A stretch of 64,000 nt of DNA, taken from the IMG/VR virus record IMGVR_UViG_3300023174_000036, positions 1-64,000 of that record; one strand, 5' to 3'. The notes beneath the pieces are model-generated. The model was not told the origin of the DNA, did no database searches, and saw nothing but the letters and a program-made list of their open reading frames with translations. Shown in pieces: positions 16,914-26,805 of the stretch (its first letter is position 1; every line of letters starts with the position of its first letter). A program made the position numbers and the translations under genes.

Positions 16914-18380
16914 TTATTTTTGCCAATCTGTCTTTTCAATAGTGAAAGGATATTTGGCATCCTTGTAAAATTTCTTTCGTTCTGTAAGATGCCGTTTAGC
17001 ATACTTACAAGTGGACGTAATGTCCCATATTTGGACAAAATCTTTGTCTTCTGCTTTTCTTATGCCGCGGCCAATGCTTTGAATAACTCTAGTAAACGAT
17101 TTGCCAGACTCCAGCAATACCAAGTTAAAGATCCTAGGAATATTAATACCAACAGCCGCGACACCATAGGTTGCAACAATAATTTTGTTAGTACTTGTTT
17201 TAATTTCATCATACTCCTCTTTCCTATCTTTAGTTTTGACCTCTCCAGACACAAAAACAGCATCCTCTAATTCATTAATAATAAATTTGCCTGAATCAAT
17301 TCTATTAACTAGAACCAATGTGTTGCCTGTTTGTGATATTTTTTTAATTAATTTGCTGACATAGATCATTCTATCTTCGTCAGTCACTAGATACTTTAAT
17401 TCCTCGCTATATGCGGTAAATTCAGGTAGGTCTATCAGTTGTACTATATTAACATGGCAAGTGCTTAATACGCCAATATCTTGCAGTTCATGTGCTTTGA
17501 TTCCGCCAACTACCGGGCCAAGGCTTGCAAAAATTTGTTCGTATTCGAATTTTTCTTTAGGAACAGTACCGGTTAAACCCCAACGTATAGGTGCATTGCA
17601 TAAATTTTGTGTAAGCAAATTCTTTAACACTTCGGCTTTGGCCATATGCACTTCGTCAACAATCACACATTTGACTCCGTCAAGGAATTCAGCCAGTGTT
17701 ACAATATCGTGCTCGTGATTTTTACTTTTCTTATCTAGAATATTAAGACTTTGCCATGTACAAATGGTATGTGTTTTGTTTAAATCTTTACGGTCGCCAT
17801 AGTAAACACCTACATCTAGACCCACTGCAATAAAATCTTCCTCAGTTTGCTCCACTAAACTCTTGTTAGGCACAATAGTAATTGTGCGGCCATATTTCTC
17901 AGCCAACTGACTTAGGGTTGCAGTGGTAATTGTTTTGCCAGCACCTGTGGCAATTTCTTGCAAGCTCTGTGTATTGGTTAAAAATGTATTAATTGCCGCC
18001 ACTTGATAGTCACGCAACATAATAGGTTGGCCAGCCTGCTGGTGACCTTTTGGCCATACTTTACCTTGATCGGCCCAGTATGTTTCAGTCACTGGAGTAA
18101 ACGAAATTGCGCTGGTAGTGCGTAAATCTTCTACGTCATCAACACTAATTCCCAGCTTGCTCAGTATGCCAAATATAGCTTCTAGTTGGCTGAGATAACC
18201 ATTGCCGCCGAGACCAAATAAACTAACCATGCCGTCCCACCGTCCAAGTTTAAATGCTGGATGATATCTTGCATAGGGAATTTCGTATTTAAAAGAGTTG
18301 GCTAGCTTCTTGCGAGCATCAAGTGGCAAGCCTTCTAACTTGATGTTGACTTCGTCTTTGATTATCAATTTAACTGCCAT
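16914..18380 (-). CDS. uvsW: UvsW-like SF2 DNA helicase
   Basis: LRDYQ, ATGAGKT, DEVH, LTGT, QSIGRGIR; start at ATG 18380. Confidence 0.9.
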   Translation of the reverse strand: MAVKLIIKDEVNIKLEGLPLDARKKLANSFKYEIPYARYHPAFKLGRWDGMVSLFGLGGNGYLSQLEAIFGILSKLGISVDDVEDLRTTSAISFTPVTETYWADQGKVWPKGHQQAGQPIMLRDYQVAAINTFLTNTQSLQEIATGAGKTITTATLSQLAEKYGRTITIVPNKSLVEQTEEDFIAVGLDVGVYYGDRKDLNKTHTICTWQSLNILDKKSKNHEHDIVTLAEFLDGVKCVIVDEVHMAKAEVLKNLLTQNLCNAPIRWGLTGTVPKEKFEYEQIFASLGPVVGGIKAHELQDIGVLSTCHVNIVQLIDLPEFTAYSEELKYLVTDEDRMIYVSKLIKKISQTGNTLVLVNRIDSGKFIINELEDAVFVSGEVKTKDRKEEYDEIKTSTNKIIVATYGVAAVGINIPRIFNLVLLESGKSFTRVIQSIGRGIRKAEDKDFVQIWDITSTCKYAKRHLTERKKFYKDAKYPFTIEKTDWQK

Positions 18381-19560
18381 GATTTGCCTTCGAATCCAAT
18401 ACTGGTTTAGTGTCAGTATACGACACAACCAAGTCACAACAGTTGGCATATACCATAGATTTATTATTTCGTATAGTGTCTAACACAATCACACTCATAG
18501 GAGTCCATTTATTTTTTAATAAGAATTTAGGTATCTTATTAGCTTGAATCCCTACAACAACAGTATCGTCATCTAATTGAGCGTTGTATTTGTTACTGGA
18601 TATAAGTTGATTAAATTCTTTGCCAATGCCTTGGCTATCTAATCTAAAATATATACCAACACTGTTATTGACTTTGTTTTCTTTCAATGCTGTATCTAGC
18701 ACTTTCATATTTTTATATACTATGTCGGAATCCCAATTAGGAAATACTATTAGTATAGGAGCTCTACGTAGCTCTATCAAAGAAGATATCACTTGTTTTA
18801 AACTATAGAGTTTGCTGTCTACCCATACTTTAGATGTGTTCCTGTATGCAAGTTCTCCTGCTAATGTTCCAGGTTTTTCTTCTTTATTATCAAATGTGTA
18901 CTGATATCTAAAACTTCTATCTTTGATTATCAAATGATCAATTATTGTTTCGATGCCAAGTTCACTGGTAATACTTTTGTGAAAATTTTGATTTGAAATA
19001 TTAGAAATGTCAAACCTATCCTCGACTTCTTTTCTTTCCCAGCTTTTAATTATATTTGCGTAACTAATAATTTCTTCATCTATTTCAAATTGCAACGGAG
19101 ATAATAGATCAACTAACAACATAATATTTTGTTCAGTTAATGTTGCTGTGTATCCTTTGGCAGGATGTACTTGTACAAACCCTTCTATCTTATTGGCATT
19201 GGTTTGTAATAATTTTCTTATGTTAGCCGAATATGAAAAATTAATACTCAATAACACATCACCATCAACAGTCTTAGATAGTTGTAATTTTTTATATTCT
19301 TCGACTTGTCTAAAAGAACGTGTCCATACAGGATCAACTAGTAAATCGGACATATCGTGCCAAACTGTTTGTAACGATAGTATATGTTCCTTAAATAATT
19401 TTAATATCAATTTAGATTGATTTTCGGTAATAAAATAATGAGAATTTACAGATGTTGCAAGACTACGCAATACTCTGCTATCTCTAGCAGACATTAAGTC
19501 TTCTACAGTGGGATTAGTATTATTTACAATGTCTAGTAATAGCTCGTCTATAGTTATCAT
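18370..19560 (-). CDS. Hypothetical protein
   Basis: Long ORF; start at ATG 19560 after TTGACA-16-TATAAT. Confidence 0.75.
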   Translation of the reverse strand: MITIDELLLDIVNNTNPTVEDLMSARDSRVLRSLATSVNSHYFITENQSKLILKLFKEHILSLQTVWHDMSDLLVDPVWTRSFRQVEEYKKLQLSKTVDGDVLLSINFSYSANIRKLLQTNANKIEGFVQVHPAKGYTATLTEQNIMLLVDLLSPLQFEIDEEIISYANIIKSWERKEVEDRFDISNISNQNFHKSITSELGIETIIDHLIIKDRSFRYQYTFDNKEEKPGTLAGELAYRNTSKVWVDSKLYSLKQVISSLIELRRAPILIVFPNWDSDIVYKNMKVLDTALKENKVNNSVGIYFRLDSQGIGKEFNQLISSNKYNAQLDDDTVVVGIQANKIPKFLLKNKWTPMSVIVLDTIRNNKSMVYANCCDLVVSYTDTKPVLDSKANHGS

Positions 19561-19607
19561 ATGAATTATTATAACACACTTTTGTTGTTTGTCAAAGAAA
19601 ATAGACA

Positions 19608-19640
19608 AAAAAATAGGCCTCAATATTATTTAAGGCCTAT
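19608..19640 (-). terminator. Intrinsic terminator
   Basis: ATAGGCCT/AGGCCTAT stem followed by T-tract on minus strand. Confidence 0.7.
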
Positions 19641-19663
19641 CGGACACCTTTTGGTGGAATTAG

Positions 19664-20119
19664 TTATAAACTTGCGTCTTCCATACCGGCAATTCTTAGT
19701 TTTACAATATTAGTGATTTGCCATTGCTTCTGATCAAGACCTTTGGTAATGCCAAGCCACTTGTTGCGCAACAGTGCAAATTCATTTATAATCTTTTCAA
19801 AGTCCACAACGTCAGCTTCGCCTTCTACAAATCTTTCACAATCTCTAGAACTTAATGCCCGCTGATAATTTTCAAGATATTTTCTAAAATGACTGCTTTT
19901 TAAACGGCGTAATTCAATGTTTAGATACTCTAAGATAGCTTCGATTTCTTGCAATTGTCCAAATCTATGTTCAACAACTCCAGGAAGAGCAGCCGAAGAT
20001 TTTTCCAAATTACCAACAAGTTTGATCTCAGATTTAGCTGACATCAACTCATCTTCAAAGTGCTGAACAGCATCAGGGATATGACTAATATCCTTGGCTA
20101 TCTTAGTGTACCATCCCAT
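19664..20119 (-). CDS. uvsY: UvsY-like recombination mediator
   Basis: Helical 151 aa ending KQWQITNIVKLRIAG; near uvsX/uvsW. Confidence 0.7.
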   Translation of the reverse strand: MGWYTKIAKDISHIPDAVQHFEDELMSAKSEIKLVGNLEKSSAALPGVVEHRFGQLQEIEAILEYLNIELRRLKSSHFRKYLENYQRALSSRDCERFVEGEADVVDFEKIINEFALLRNKWLGITKGLDQKQWQITNIVKLRIAGMEDASL

Positions 20120-20352
20120 TAAAACTCCATTTCTTTATAATCGCGGTCGTCTTCGTCTTCGTCGTCAAGATAATAACTAATAGCTTGGTCAAGTGTATCG
20201 TCAATACCGATAGCACCTTTCATTACTTTATCACTGACGCCAAAGTCTGCAAGCAAATCAATGTATCTTTCTGCCACATTCTCTAGTTGTTTTTTATCTA
20301 GATACTCTACAAAATTTAACCAAATATCACCAATTTGTGTTTCATTCAACAT
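20119..20352 (-). CDS. Small acidic hypothetical protein
   Basis: Overlaps both neighbours. Confidence 0.7.
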   Translation of the reverse strand: MLNETQIGDIWLNFVEYLDKKQLENVAERYIDLLADFGVSDKVMKGAIGIDDTLDQAISYYLDDEDEDDRDYKEMEF

Positions 20353-21397
20353 GCTCTTCTGTCTCCTCAGGAATGGTAGTTGTTGTTTTAATCAAATGAA
20401 ATTTATTCATTATCATATCTAATTTATCATCTTTCCATTCTTTTCGGTAGAATTTGTGTTCTTCTCCAGTCTCGGGATCAATCCATGCAAGTCTATTACC
20501 AGACTGTTTCAATAGACCTTGTTTTTCAAACATATCTACTAGACCACTGTATGGGTTCATACCTGTACTGTATGGGATTTTAATTTGCAATGTTTCAAAA
20601 GGTTTGCTATAGCGTGTTTTCATAATCTTGCATGAAGCACGAATACCATTCACTTCTGCAACCTTGTTGCCGTCTTCGTCTTCTTTCAACTTCAATTTCT
20701 TCATAGCAACTACGATAGAACTTGCGTAAACGAATCCTTGTCCACCTGAGATTTTGTCATCTGGATCAAACATATCTTGGCTAGCGTATGTGTGGTTGGT
20801 ACATACCATTCCAACGTTGTGATTACCAAACATGTTAACACAGTTACGAACTAATGAGGTTAATGCTTTTGGCTTACGGCCCATATCACCTTTCATGTCA
20901 CCAGCTTGAAACTGGTTAATGTCAGTGGGAGTAAGCAACATACCTAGTGAGTCTATGACAAACATGACCTTAGGACGATTTTCCATTACTTTATAATCTG
21001 TCATGAATTCGTGTATCGTTTTAGCAACGTCATCAATCATGGCCATATTAAGTTTAAGTAACTTGTCTTCACTGGTGTCAACGCCAAGGTCTTTCAACCA
21101 TTGTTCGTCAAGTGCATTTTCTGTATCAATTAAGATACAGTAGATACCTTGATCTTGTGCATTCTTAATGATGTTTCCGGAACAAATATAACTTTTGCCC
21201 GCTCCGGATTCGCCAGCAAATACCGTAACTTTGCCCAACGGAACACCTTTGTTCCAGTCACCGCTAATTAGATAGTTTAGTGCAAAATTACCTGTGCTAA
21301 CCCAATCAGTTGGGTCATTAAACCCAATGCCCAAACCGTCAATTGACTTGGTCAAGGTCTTTCTAAATTTACTTAAATCAAACGCTTTAGTTGCCAT
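20342..21397 (-). CDS. uvsX: RecA-like recombinase UvsX
   Basis: GESGAGKS, IDTENA, VIDSLG, SGGQG, KTR. Confidence 0.93.
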   Translation of the reverse strand: MATKAFDLSKFRKTLTKSIDGLGIGFNDPTDWVSTGNFALNYLISGDWNKGVPLGKVTVFAGESGAGKSYICSGNIIKNAQDQGIYCILIDTENALDEQWLKDLGVDTSEDKLLKLNMAMIDDVAKTIHEFMTDYKVMENRPKVMFVIDSLGMLLTPTDINQFQAGDMKGDMGRKPKALTSLVRNCVNMFGNHNVGMVCTNHTYASQDMFDPDDKISGGQGFVYASSIVVAMKKLKLKEDEDGNKVAEVNGIRASCKIMKTRYSKPFETLQIKIPYSTGMNPYSGLVDMFEKQGLLKQSGNRLAWIDPETGEEHKFYRKEWKDDKLDMIMNKFHLIKTTTTIPEETEEHVE

Positions 21398-21398
21398 A

Positions 21399-21611
21399 TT
21401 AAACGTCCCTATCCATTTCGCATGCTTCACGTACCAGTGAAACTACTTCATCTAGGTTGTTACACAAGATTTTAGCGTTAACATAATCGCCTTTCTTGTT
21501 GCGTCCACCTGCTTCCACCATGAAGCCATTGTCGTACATGTTAACTGTAAACGACTCATTTACTTTGGTCAATTTGTCGCCAAATGACTTTATTGTTTTT
21601 GCTGTTGCCAT
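21399..21611 (-). CDS. Hypothetical protein
   Basis: AGGAG RBS. Confidence 0.75.
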   Translation of the reverse strand: MATAKTIKSFGDKLTKVNESFTVNMYDNGFMVEAGGRNKKGDYVNAKILCNNLDEVVSLVREACEMDRDV

Positions 21612-21677
21612 TTTATTTCTCCTAATAAAGATAACCCGGGCGTATGACTAAGTCACAGAGGCCCAAGTCGTTTGCTT

Positions 21678-22655
21678 TTACTTCTGACGATTGCGAATCA
21701 TTGCAAGAATGTCTTGCGCACGACTATCACCGCCTTCTGTTGCTTGTGGAGCACTTGCTTTTGGAGCAGGTGCTGTTTTAGCTACAGGAGCGTCTTCCTC
21801 GTCATCGTGTGCTACAGGAGCACTTGCTTTAGGAGTTGATTGCTTTTGTGGATCGCCAGTGTTCTGACTCATGCCAGCTGGCTTGAAGTACTGACCCCAA
21901 CGTTCCATATCATATGGCTCGCCGTCAACTGACGCTTCAAACATTTCTTTCATGACCTTGAGTTCAACATCAGTTGGCTTTTTAGGCAAGAAGTCGTTTA
22001 GATTAAACAAACCATGCTCTTTGATTGCCGCTTGTTCCTGATCATTTAGTGGACGCTCACGACGACTCCAAGTACTGGTTGAGTAGTCAGCATATCCGCC
22101 CTTTGAACCTTTCTTCATGCGATAGTCCAAACCATGCACAAAGTCAGTTGGCAAATCTTCCAACTCTGGATCAACCAATGCTGAACGAATTGATGTAAAG
22201 ATTTGTGGGCCGATGATAAATCTACGGATTGGGTTTGCTGGTGTTTCTTTTTCTGCAAGACCATCTTCTACTACGAAGCCTTGGAAAATATAACTGCGTT
22301 TCTTCCAGTACTTACGGCCCATGTCTTCCAATGCTGGGTCTTTGAACCATGCACGAACTTCTGAAAGAATAGGACAAGTGTCGCCATACATTTCTACGCA
22401 TGGTACTTGAACAATGGTTGGTTTGCTTTCTGATTCACCTTTGATTCCGGCGAATGGCAATTTGATCATTGCACGCTCTACCCAGAAAAAAGTGTTGTCG
22501 GTGTTTCCATCTGGAAGGAAGCGTAGAACAGCTTCGTCACCTTCTTTTAGATTCCAGAATGGGTAAATTGAATTGTCCCCACCTGTTCTGTTACCGTCTG
22601 AACCACGTGATTCAGCTGCCTTAAGTTTTGCTCGAATTTCAGCCAAAGATGCCAT
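21678..22655 (-). CDS. Single-stranded DNA-binding protein (T4 gp32-like)
   Basis: LRFLPD, CVE..G..CPI, YWKKRSY, GYADYSTS; AAGGAG RBS. Confidence 0.88.
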   Translation of the reverse strand: MASLAEIRAKLKAAESRGSDGNRTGGDNSIYPFWNLKEGDEAVLRFLPDGNTDNTFFWVERAMIKLPFAGIKGESESKPTIVQVPCVEMYGDTCPILSEVRAWFKDPALEDMGRKYWKKRSYIFQGFVVEDGLAEKETPANPIRRFIIGPQIFTSIRSALVDPELEDLPTDFVHGLDYRMKKGSKGGYADYSTSTWSRRERPLNDQEQAAIKEHGLFNLNDFLPKKPTDVELKVMKEMFEASVDGEPYDMERWGQYFKPAGMSQNTGDPQKQSTPKASAPVAHDDEEDAPVAKTAPAPKASAPQATEGGDSRAQDILAMIRNRQK

Positions 22656-22799
22656 AATAATTTCTCCTTTTATATGCCTTTGTTTGCCTAATATTGTTTT
22701 ACACCTGTAAAACAAAAAGTGCATACATGTTATTGTACGCACTTTTATTTAGTAAAGCAAGAGAAATTATGCTCTAAATGTGAGCATTTTACTCAATTG

Positions 22800-24095
22800 T
22801 TATCGGTGATTAACCAAACTCACAATACGCTGTAATTCGTTGTAACCAACTGATTCTGCGGTGACTTTAGATTGTGCCGCGGCTGCTTTGGCCTTGTCTT
22901 CTTTATCATACCTAGATCCTTCTGGATACGGTTTGTATTTTTTATCCGGATTAACAGAAGCCGCTTGCGGTGGTGCCGCTTGCGGTGGTGCCGCTTGCGG
23001 TGGTGCCGCTTGTGCTACATCCGCAGGTGGTGCTGGATCTTCCTCACTACGATTCATTGCTTGTTGATATTGATCGTAGCTCATGTTGTTTGGTAATGCC
23101 CCTTTAATCTTAACAGTTGGATCAGCGGGTGTCTTAGGCTTTGGTGGTGCCAATTTAACTGCATATGGCTTGCCTCTCCAATTAAATTGCTTTTCGCCTT
23201 TTTTCCTTGCATCAGCAAATGCTTGATTAAACGTCATACTATCGCGATTAATTGGCTCAGCAGGAACTGCTGGAGTTACTGAGGCAGCTTGTGCTGGTTG
23301 AGCGTTAAGTTTAGAGTTTTTATAATCGCTGTATTGTTTCATTAAGCCTGCAATTTCTGGATCTTCGCTATCGCCATATGACTGAGCCAGCGTATCTAAT
23401 TGTTTTTCTTCTTCAGGAGTTAATGCTTCATTCAACTGACGTGATTCAATTAATCGTAATTTGCTTAAGAAGTAACTAGTACCTTCATTAGCTTTTAGTT
23501 TGGCGCCGTTGGCTTGCAAAGCGTAAGGAGATTGAGCGGCCGCTGGCGCTGCCGCGGTTGCTGGAGCCATTGCCTTTGCCAATAGTTCTTTAAATTGTTG
23601 TAGACTTTTTCCTACAGCTTCTCCGCTTGCACTGGCGGCGGCTGTTAAATCTTGTGTACTAGGAGCAGTTGGAGTAACACTTGCGGCTTGATTTGCATCT
23701 GGAGCGGCCATTAATTCTGGTTGCTCAGTAGGTGTTGGGGGATTCATTGCAACCCATTTACCATTTTCAATTTTGAAGGTACGCATACCTTTTGCGTCAA
23801 CTGCGTATGTTACTCCATCCTTACCAGTTTCACTTGCAACTGATCCAGGAGCAAGTTGTTCACGATGTTGTACAAGTGCCATGTTTGCACCAGCAGTGGA
23901 ATTCTTGCTAGCATCGTATGCACGTTGTTCGTCTCGGCTGTTACCGCCGGTAAGGCCTTCATAGCCCTGGCCGTTACCCCATGTGGAAGGATTGAATATA
24001 CTCCACTCGTCTACTTGTTGATTTTCGTAAACTTTCAAGTATTCTCTTAGGCTGTTTACTTTGTCCTTGAGTTGGCTTTCTGTAATCTTTTTCAT
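22800..24095 (-). CDS. Ala/Pro-rich hypothetical protein, probably head-associated
   Basis: Low complexity; FNQAFADARKKGEKQFNWRGKPY motif; QAAPP repeats. Confidence 0.7.
   Translation of the reverse strand: MKKITESQLKDKVNSLREYLKVYENQQVDEWSIFNPSTWGNGQGYEGLTGGNSRDEQRAYDASKNSTAGANMALVQHREQLAPGSVASETGKDGVTYAVDAKGMRTFKIENGKWVAMNPPTPTEQPELMAAPDANQAASVTPTAPSTQDLTAAASASGEAVGKSLQQFKELLAKAMAPATAAAPAAAQSPYALQANGAKLKANEGTSYFLSKLRLIESRQLNEALTPEEEKQLDTLAQSYGDSEDPEIAGLMKQYSDYKNSKLNAQPAQAASVTPAVPAEPINRDSMTFNQAFADARKKGEKQFNWRGKPYAVKLAPPKPKTPADPTVKIKGALPNNMSYDQYQQAMNRSEEDPAPPADVAQAAPPQAAPPQAAPPQAASVNPDKKYKPYPEGSRYDKEDKAKAAAAQSKVTAESVGYNELQRIVSLVNHR
22960..23012. repeat. 15-bp tandem repeat, ~3.5 copies (QAAPP)
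   Basis: GCCGCTTGCGGTGGT repeated. Confidence 0.9.
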
Positions 24096-24104
24096 AATAA
24101 GTCC

Positions 24105-26798
24105 TTATCTTAATCCTGCAATTTTAAGCATTGTTGTTAGTTCTGAGCTTTCCATAGTGGGCATGTTGCCACCTTTCGGCATCTTGTCCATAATACCTTT
24201 CATCATAGCATGAGGATCCATATTACCACTAAATCCTGGCATGTCTAATTTTTGTTGGCCTTGTGGAACTTTGTCCATCATACCTTTCATCAAGTTGCCC
24301 ACATGGCTTTGAATTTGCGAACCCATCTTGTCAGGATCACTAAAATCAAAATCCATATCTTGTCCGTTTGCGCCTGGCATTTTTAATTTCATGCCTTTGG
24401 CAATATCTCTAAACTTGGCCATTGCATCTGCGTGGCTAGCTGGTTGCCCGTCTATTGTGCCTGTTTGATTATTTGTACTTGTAGATGTGGTGTTTGTACT
24501 TGTAGACGGAGCAGTAGCTTGTGTTGCATCGCTGGATCTGTCCATTTGATTAGTGTAGTTAGCAGATGATGGATCGTTAGCTTCTTGATCCTTGTACTGT
24601 TTTACCAATTCGTCAATGTCAGCATCTGAGTGTTTTGCTTTGAAGTCTGCCATGAGTTTAGCAAACTCTTCAGCTGACTCAGTGGATGCTTCGTCAATTG
24701 TGCTGTGCATACCGGACAAATGTTTGATATGGCCTAATTCATCGCCAGGCTGATTCACACTGCTGGGCGGATCCATTTTTTTAACCATTTGAATCACGCG
24801 GCCAACATCTTCCTTGGTTGCATTTTCAAAGTTGCCATTCTTAAAATTACTGATAATTTTTGTAATAACTCTAGTAGGACCAATGGTGAAGTTGCCTTCA
24901 GTAATTGTAGCGTCTCTGTTCCAGAAACCACTAATACTTTTTAATATTTCTTCTACTCCACTTTCTTTGGATTTGAATCCCACACTGGCTGGATTAATTC
25001 CACATTCTTGCAGAGCACTGAGTAAAGACATTTTCTTATGTCCAAAATCCAATTCAGTATCTGGACCTGCGCCACATTCAACTGCTTTGATTAATTTTGC
25101 TTTTAATGATGCAACACTTTCTGCAACAGGGCCTGCCAATTGCTCTTCGGGTGCTGGTTCAGGAGCGGCTGCTTGTGGTGCTGGTGCTTCGGGTGCTGGT
25201 GCTGGTGCTGGTTCAGGAGCGGCTGCTTGTGGTGCTGGTGCTTCGGGCTCTGCATCTGCCCCGCCAACTTCTTCGCCACCGCTGAAATCAATAGCATTAG
25301 AATTTAAAATACGTGCAATGTCATCGTTATCTTGAGCAATTCTTTCCAACTCCAATTGCACAGTTGCACGAACATCTAATTCAGGATCTGCTTTTTTTAA
25401 TTCGTCTAATGGAAATAAAGCTTCTCCAGTTACTGGGTCAACTTCAGGCAAATACTTAGACAATGTGTCAATAATATTAATATTAGCGCCCGGGCCGCCA
25501 GTCATTGGTGACTGGAATATTCTGTTTAGTTCTTGTATTGCACTGTTTCTAACTTTTTCATTTTTATCAAAAATTCCAAGACCTTCATCGTCGCCTTCAA
25601 CAATACCATTCATGAAGTTTTCAAATTGATCTTCAGGATCAAATGATTCTGTCTTAGGAATACCTTTTTGTGCAAGAGCTTTTGCGGCATCTTTACCTGT
25701 GCGATTGGGATTATTTTTTTTCTTGAAAGCAGATTGTTTTTTGTCAGCATCTTGTTCAGCTTTGTCTTTGTACCAAGGAGCAACATCTTCTTTGTCGTCT
25801 TCTGCTAATAAATCTTCTGCTGTTAGTTCTTTAACTGGCAATTGTGTGCCATCAACTAGTCTATAGATATATGGGAATACTGATTTTAATTCTTCATTAA
25901 ATGTACGAATAGTCAAACGATCAATCCAATCGTCCATTACTGCTTCAGGAATTAATTGTTCGTCTTGACTTTGAAAAGATTCAGCAAACTGCTCGTAGTA
26001 TGTGGAACGTTGTAAATTATGAATTTCTTTTTTAACTGATTCAATGCGCTCAATTACTTTGCTGGTAACTTCGCCCATTGCTTCGCTTAGTTGTGTTTGA
26101 CGTCCTACGTAGTTTTTAAATTTACGTAAGCTGGCAAGTTCTTCGCTAAGTCCACAAATATGCATACCAATTCCATCGTAAGGATGGCCGCCGTGTTTAA
26201 TGTGTTCTGCAAGAGCACGAGCACCATTAATATGTTTTGTAGGATAACGGAAACGTTCACCTGCGGCATTTTCAATATAGATACTTTCAATGTGCATAGT
26301 TCTGCCAGCGGCAAGTTCTGTGTTAACAGGTTGACTATGTTTAATAACTAATCGCGCTTCGCCTAAATCTTGGTAGCTTATTCTAGCAGTACCAAACAGC
26401 TTGTTTTCCATAATTGTATTATCCTTAACTTTTGCTCGAAACTGGTAGTCTCTTTTATCTAAATTGCTTTTGCCCATACGCTGAACATCATAATTTAACA
26501 GTCTATTTTTAGCAAATTTTCTAAAACTTCTAATAAATTTAAATGCGCCTGGGTGTTGTTTTTCTACAATATCACCGCTAACTTCGATTACTATGCCGTC
26601 ATCTGCATCTAGTGTAATAGCCACAGTTCCAATATCTTCACCGTCTTCTTTGTATTCAAATTCAAAAAATCTAGCTTTTGGAATATCTGTCTTTTTACTA
26701 AGCACATTGGCGTTTTCATCTCCGATAGTTATATCAGAGAATCTTGTTTGAATCTTGCCGTATAAATCCAAGGCAATTTTATCTAAATTAGCATCCAT
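24105..26798 (-). CDS. Large acidic virion/head-associated protein
   Basis: 897 aa; next to terminase; Pro/Ala linker; Met-rich tail. Confidence 0.7.
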   Translation of the reverse strand: MDANLDKIALDLYGKIQTRFSDITIGDENANVLSKKTDIPKARFFEFEYKEDGEDIGTVAITLDADDGIVIEVSGDIVEKQHPGAFKFIRSFRKFAKNRLLNYDVQRMGKSNLDKRDYQFRAKVKDNTIMENKLFGTARISYQDLGEARLVIKHSQPVNTELAAGRTMHIESIYIENAAGERFRYPTKHINGARALAEHIKHGGHPYDGIGMHICGLSEELASLRKFKNYVGRQTQLSEAMGEVTSKVIERIESVKKEIHNLQRSTYYEQFAESFQSQDEQLIPEAVMDDWIDRLTIRTFNEELKSVFPYIYRLVDGTQLPVKELTAEDLLAEDDKEDVAPWYKDKAEQDADKKQSAFKKKNNPNRTGKDAAKALAQKGIPKTESFDPEDQFENFMNGIVEGDDEGLGIFDKNEKVRNSAIQELNRIFQSPMTGGPGANINIIDTLSKYLPEVDPVTGEALFPLDELKKADPELDVRATVQLELERIAQDNDDIARILNSNAIDFSGGEEVGGADAEPEAPAPQAAAPEPAPAPAPEAPAPQAAAPEPAPEEQLAGPVAESVASLKAKLIKAVECGAGPDTELDFGHKKMSLLSALQECGINPASVGFKSKESGVEEILKSISGFWNRDATITEGNFTIGPTRVITKIISNFKNGNFENATKEDVGRVIQMVKKMDPPSSVNQPGDELGHIKHLSGMHSTIDEASTESAEEFAKLMADFKAKHSDADIDELVKQYKDQEANDPSSANYTNQMDRSSDATQATAPSTSTNTTSTSTNNQTGTIDGQPASHADAMAKFRDIAKGMKLKMPGANGQDMDFDFSDPDKMGSQIQSHVGNLMKGMMDKVPQGQQKLDMPGFSGNMDPHAMMKGIMDKMPKGGNMPTMESSELTTMLKIAGLR
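25150..25247. repeat. 44-bp direct repeat in Pro/Ala linker (25150-25193, 25204-25247)
   Basis: PEAPAPQAAAPEPAP twice. Confidence 0.85.
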
Positions 26799-26805
26799 GA
26801 TATAT

